NCBI GenBank assembly: GCA_047967505.1
Contig: CM106538.1
Source: Dipteris shenzhenensis
Taxonomy: Eukaryota
Length of the DNA stretch: 64,000 bases
Strand: one strand, 5' to 3'
A program made the translations under genes and the position numbers. The notes under the pieces were generated by a model. It ran no database searches. It saw nothing but the letters and a program-made list of their open reading frames with translations, and was not told the DNA's origin. Below, one piece after another: positions 61,004-64,000 of the stretch (its first letter is position 1; each line of letters starts with the position of its first letter).

Positions 61004-63315
61004 GCAGCACATCACTTCCAAGAAGAGCCTTTTTGCATCTTTGCATCCTCCTCCTACTAAAAAGAAGGTGACTTGTGTAAATAATTCTTCTTATTCAATG
61101 TGTGGAGTGGGAGACATAAATGCCACATCCACTGATGGCACAGATTTTAGAATTGCAGATGTTCTCTATGTGCCAGGGATAAAGAAGAACTTGTTTTCAG
61201 TGTCCTCTCTTAATAGAGGAGGATTTTAGGTTGTATTTCATGATGCTAAGTGTGCAGTCAGAGACAAAGAGAATGACTATGCTTTGATGTTGTCTGGCAC
61301 TTTGTATCGGGGTCTTTTTCAGCTTGATTTATATGAAAAAAAGATCCGATCTTGCATTATCAGTGAGCACTCCCACTGCTGCGATGCAGAATGCAGAGTT
61401 ATGACATGCCAGGTATGGGCACATGAGCTATGGCAGCTTAATGACACTACAGAAACATGATATGGTTGATGCATTGCCTCCTTTAGAGTCACCTCCTCCT
61501 CATGCATGTGAGGGTTGCATCCTTGGCAAGATGCATAGATTTCCTTTCAAGAAGGATGGTGCAGTGAAAGCTACATGCAAATTACAGCTTATTCACAGTG
61601 ATGGCTGCGGTCCCATGAGGACACCTGCTTTTGGGAGTTATCTTTATTATGTTACATTCATAGATGACTTCACCAACTACACTTAGGTCTATGGTCTCAA
61701 GGCAAAATCAAAAGTGTTTATGCATTTCAAACACTTTGTGGCGATGGTTGAGAATGAGACAGGACTCAAGGTGTAGACACTTCGCACAGATCGAGGGAGA
61801 GAGTATATGTCTCATGAGTTTGAGGCATTTTTGAAGGAGAAAGGCATCACGCATCAGCTTACAGTGAGGCTTACACCTCAACATAATGGCAAAGCTGAGC
61901 GGAAGAATCGTGAGTTGTTTATTATCTATGAAATAAGCAAAAACATTATATTCTAAATGTTGAAAAGCTTTTTAAATTTCCAAAATGATCATAAAATGTT
62001 TTTGAACTAGAATATTTTACAATATACAGAAGAATCTTATATTAATTAAATTATAGGATAATTATCTTCATTCTATCTTTTAAATACTATTTTATTTATT
62101 ATATACATCCAATAAAGATTTAAAGAATTTAAAACCAGATCGATTTAAATCTAAGGACAATACTCGAATTGCCAAATATATAATGATAAAAATAGAAAAT
62201 AATGTGTAATGATAAAAATACAGTGTGCAATGTGTTTTGATATTTAAATGAAAATATCAATTAACAACACAATGCAATTAACAAGAGCCGAGGCTGAAGC
62301 TTACTATGTATGATGGAGGTGAATTGGTGGATGTCACACTTTATAGTCAGGCTGTTGGATGCCTTATATACTTGTGCAATACACGGCCGGATATTCAGTA
62401 TGCAGTATCTCAGGTGAGCAGATATATGCACAGCCCAAAGACAACACATTGGTAGGCTGTAAAATGCATCTTCAGATATTTGCAAGGCACAAAGTCTTTT
62501 GGTTTGATGTTTCCTAGGGGGGTGACTTGCAGATGCATGGTTACAGTGATTCGGATTGGACTGGAGACTATGATACTAGGTAGTCCACTAGTGGTAATTG
62601 TTTCCTTTTGGGCAAAGCTTGCATTTCTTGGCTGAGCAAGAAGCAATCTACAGTGGCTACTTCCTCATGTGAAGCTGAGTACAGGGCAGCTTTCACAGCG
62701 ACAGTTGAGTATGTTTGGCTTCGATGTTTGTTCGTTGATCTTTGTCTCTTATTGGAGGGTCCTTCTCCAATTCTCACTGATAGTCAGAATGGTATAGTAG
62801 TGGCAAAGAATCCTATGTTTCGTGCTCACACGAAGCACATTGAGGTTCATTATCATTATGTCAGAGAGAAGTTACATACAGGGGAGATCAGTATGATCTA
62901 TGTGTCAACGCATGACAATGTTGCAGACATTTTCACCAAAGCACTTCCACGTGAGAAGTTTGAGGCATTTCGCAGTGCCCTAAACTTATCTCCTTTTGGT
63001 GATTGATCACTACCTTGTACACCACATTGGCACTGCAGGAGGGTGTTAGAATTATTATTATATTCTAGGCGGTGGCCAATGTAATGTAATAAGTGGGTTA
63101 GGGGCACTTTTCCCTCTTAGAGGTTTTTTCCCCTAACCACAATCTTATCTCTAACCGTAAACTATGGTTAGTGATTAGATAGGGTTTTGTCACTTAGACA
63201 AAGCCCTCATCTCTTTCATTGTACTTCACTTCATTTTCCGTACACTTTGGGAGTGACCTACGTTCGGCTCACTCTCTACTTGCTCACTCTTGCTCTTGCT
63301 TCCATTTTTCTCACA
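61004..63315 (+). mobile_element. 3' part of the recurring Copia family, with an AT-rich filler (~61911-62285) replacing IN-RT
   Basis: HITSKKSLFASLHPPP, CEGCILGKMH, TFIDD; RH ending FRSALNLSPFGD; 3' LTR 63044-63315 (tgttagaattatt..ctcaca). Confidence 0.9.
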
Positions 63316-64000
63316 GGGATGTCCTAGAGTTACATAAACTTGCGTTGAGTGGGCTGAGAGATTCACAATTGCACATTGTTCTCCAAGGTTTAAATGCACT
63401 ATGATGATTCAAATCTGAATACAAGGAAATCCTATGCATGTGGACAAGCGGATGGTTGCTAGTGGTCATGGAACAATCAGTGGTTGTACGAGTCTTTTGG
63501 TGCATAGTATTCAAGGCTTGTTCGTGCGATCTTTGGAAATTTTTGAAAGTTTGAGGTGCGAGCTTTGAAAAAGAAATCTGAAATTTGAAAAAAGGGAGAA
63601 GGGGAGGTAAAACATTCACATGACATGTAAAGAAGCATAGGATCTTCTACGGATCCTCTTCAATACAAATCTTCAAGAGGTCGATCAACTCTCATCTGTT
63701 GTGAGAATCAAAGATGTATTCCTATTGCTGTAATTCTGTACTACTTCCCTCTGCCAAACGCCCTTCTTGGTTTAGCGAGGGTAGTACAGCCTATTTGGGA
63801 AGGCCTCCATAAGGGCGGCTCTATGGTCCATCAGCCCTAAGAATGGCCTGCAATAAAACCAGCATAGAATGCTAATTGAGTTTACTGGTGCAATAACATT
63901 TGTGATGCTGTCCATTGCTAGCCTTTGCTGTAGTGAAATAGCCATGGAGTGGTCTTAAAAAATTCTTTATTAAAGGGATGTACTAGAATAACTTAACTTG

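Overview
AT-rich, transposon-dense eukaryotic DNA from a land plant with a large genome (a fern-like lineage is my guess, not shown). Three short + strand exons (5888-5962, 43977-44051, 47347-47419), all AG/GT-bounded and in phase, splice to the N-terminus of a VPS26 retromer subunit. Most of the window is therefore intronic, including one 38.0-kb intron. The main find lies in that intron: a 26.3-kb hAT unit (6961-33223; 8-bp TSD GTTTGAGC; CTAAGT..ACTTAG ends) that is a giant palindrome. Each arm carries an intronless atypical protein kinase (HNDLHAQN/DWG/APE) and an unknown ~295-aa coiled-coil ORF; only the right arm retains a decayed BED-hAT transposase. The arms were later hit by a full-length Copia, a chromovirus Gypsy with a tRNA-Glu-type PBS, and a precise 968-bp inversion. 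The rest holds a Gypsy nested in a Copia, more copies of that Copia family, (CT)n-tailed RTE-like LINEs, L1 fragments, patchwork fragments and tandem repeats. Most TE and cargo ORFs carry stops or frameshifts. Identities are by-eye estimates; no searches were run.
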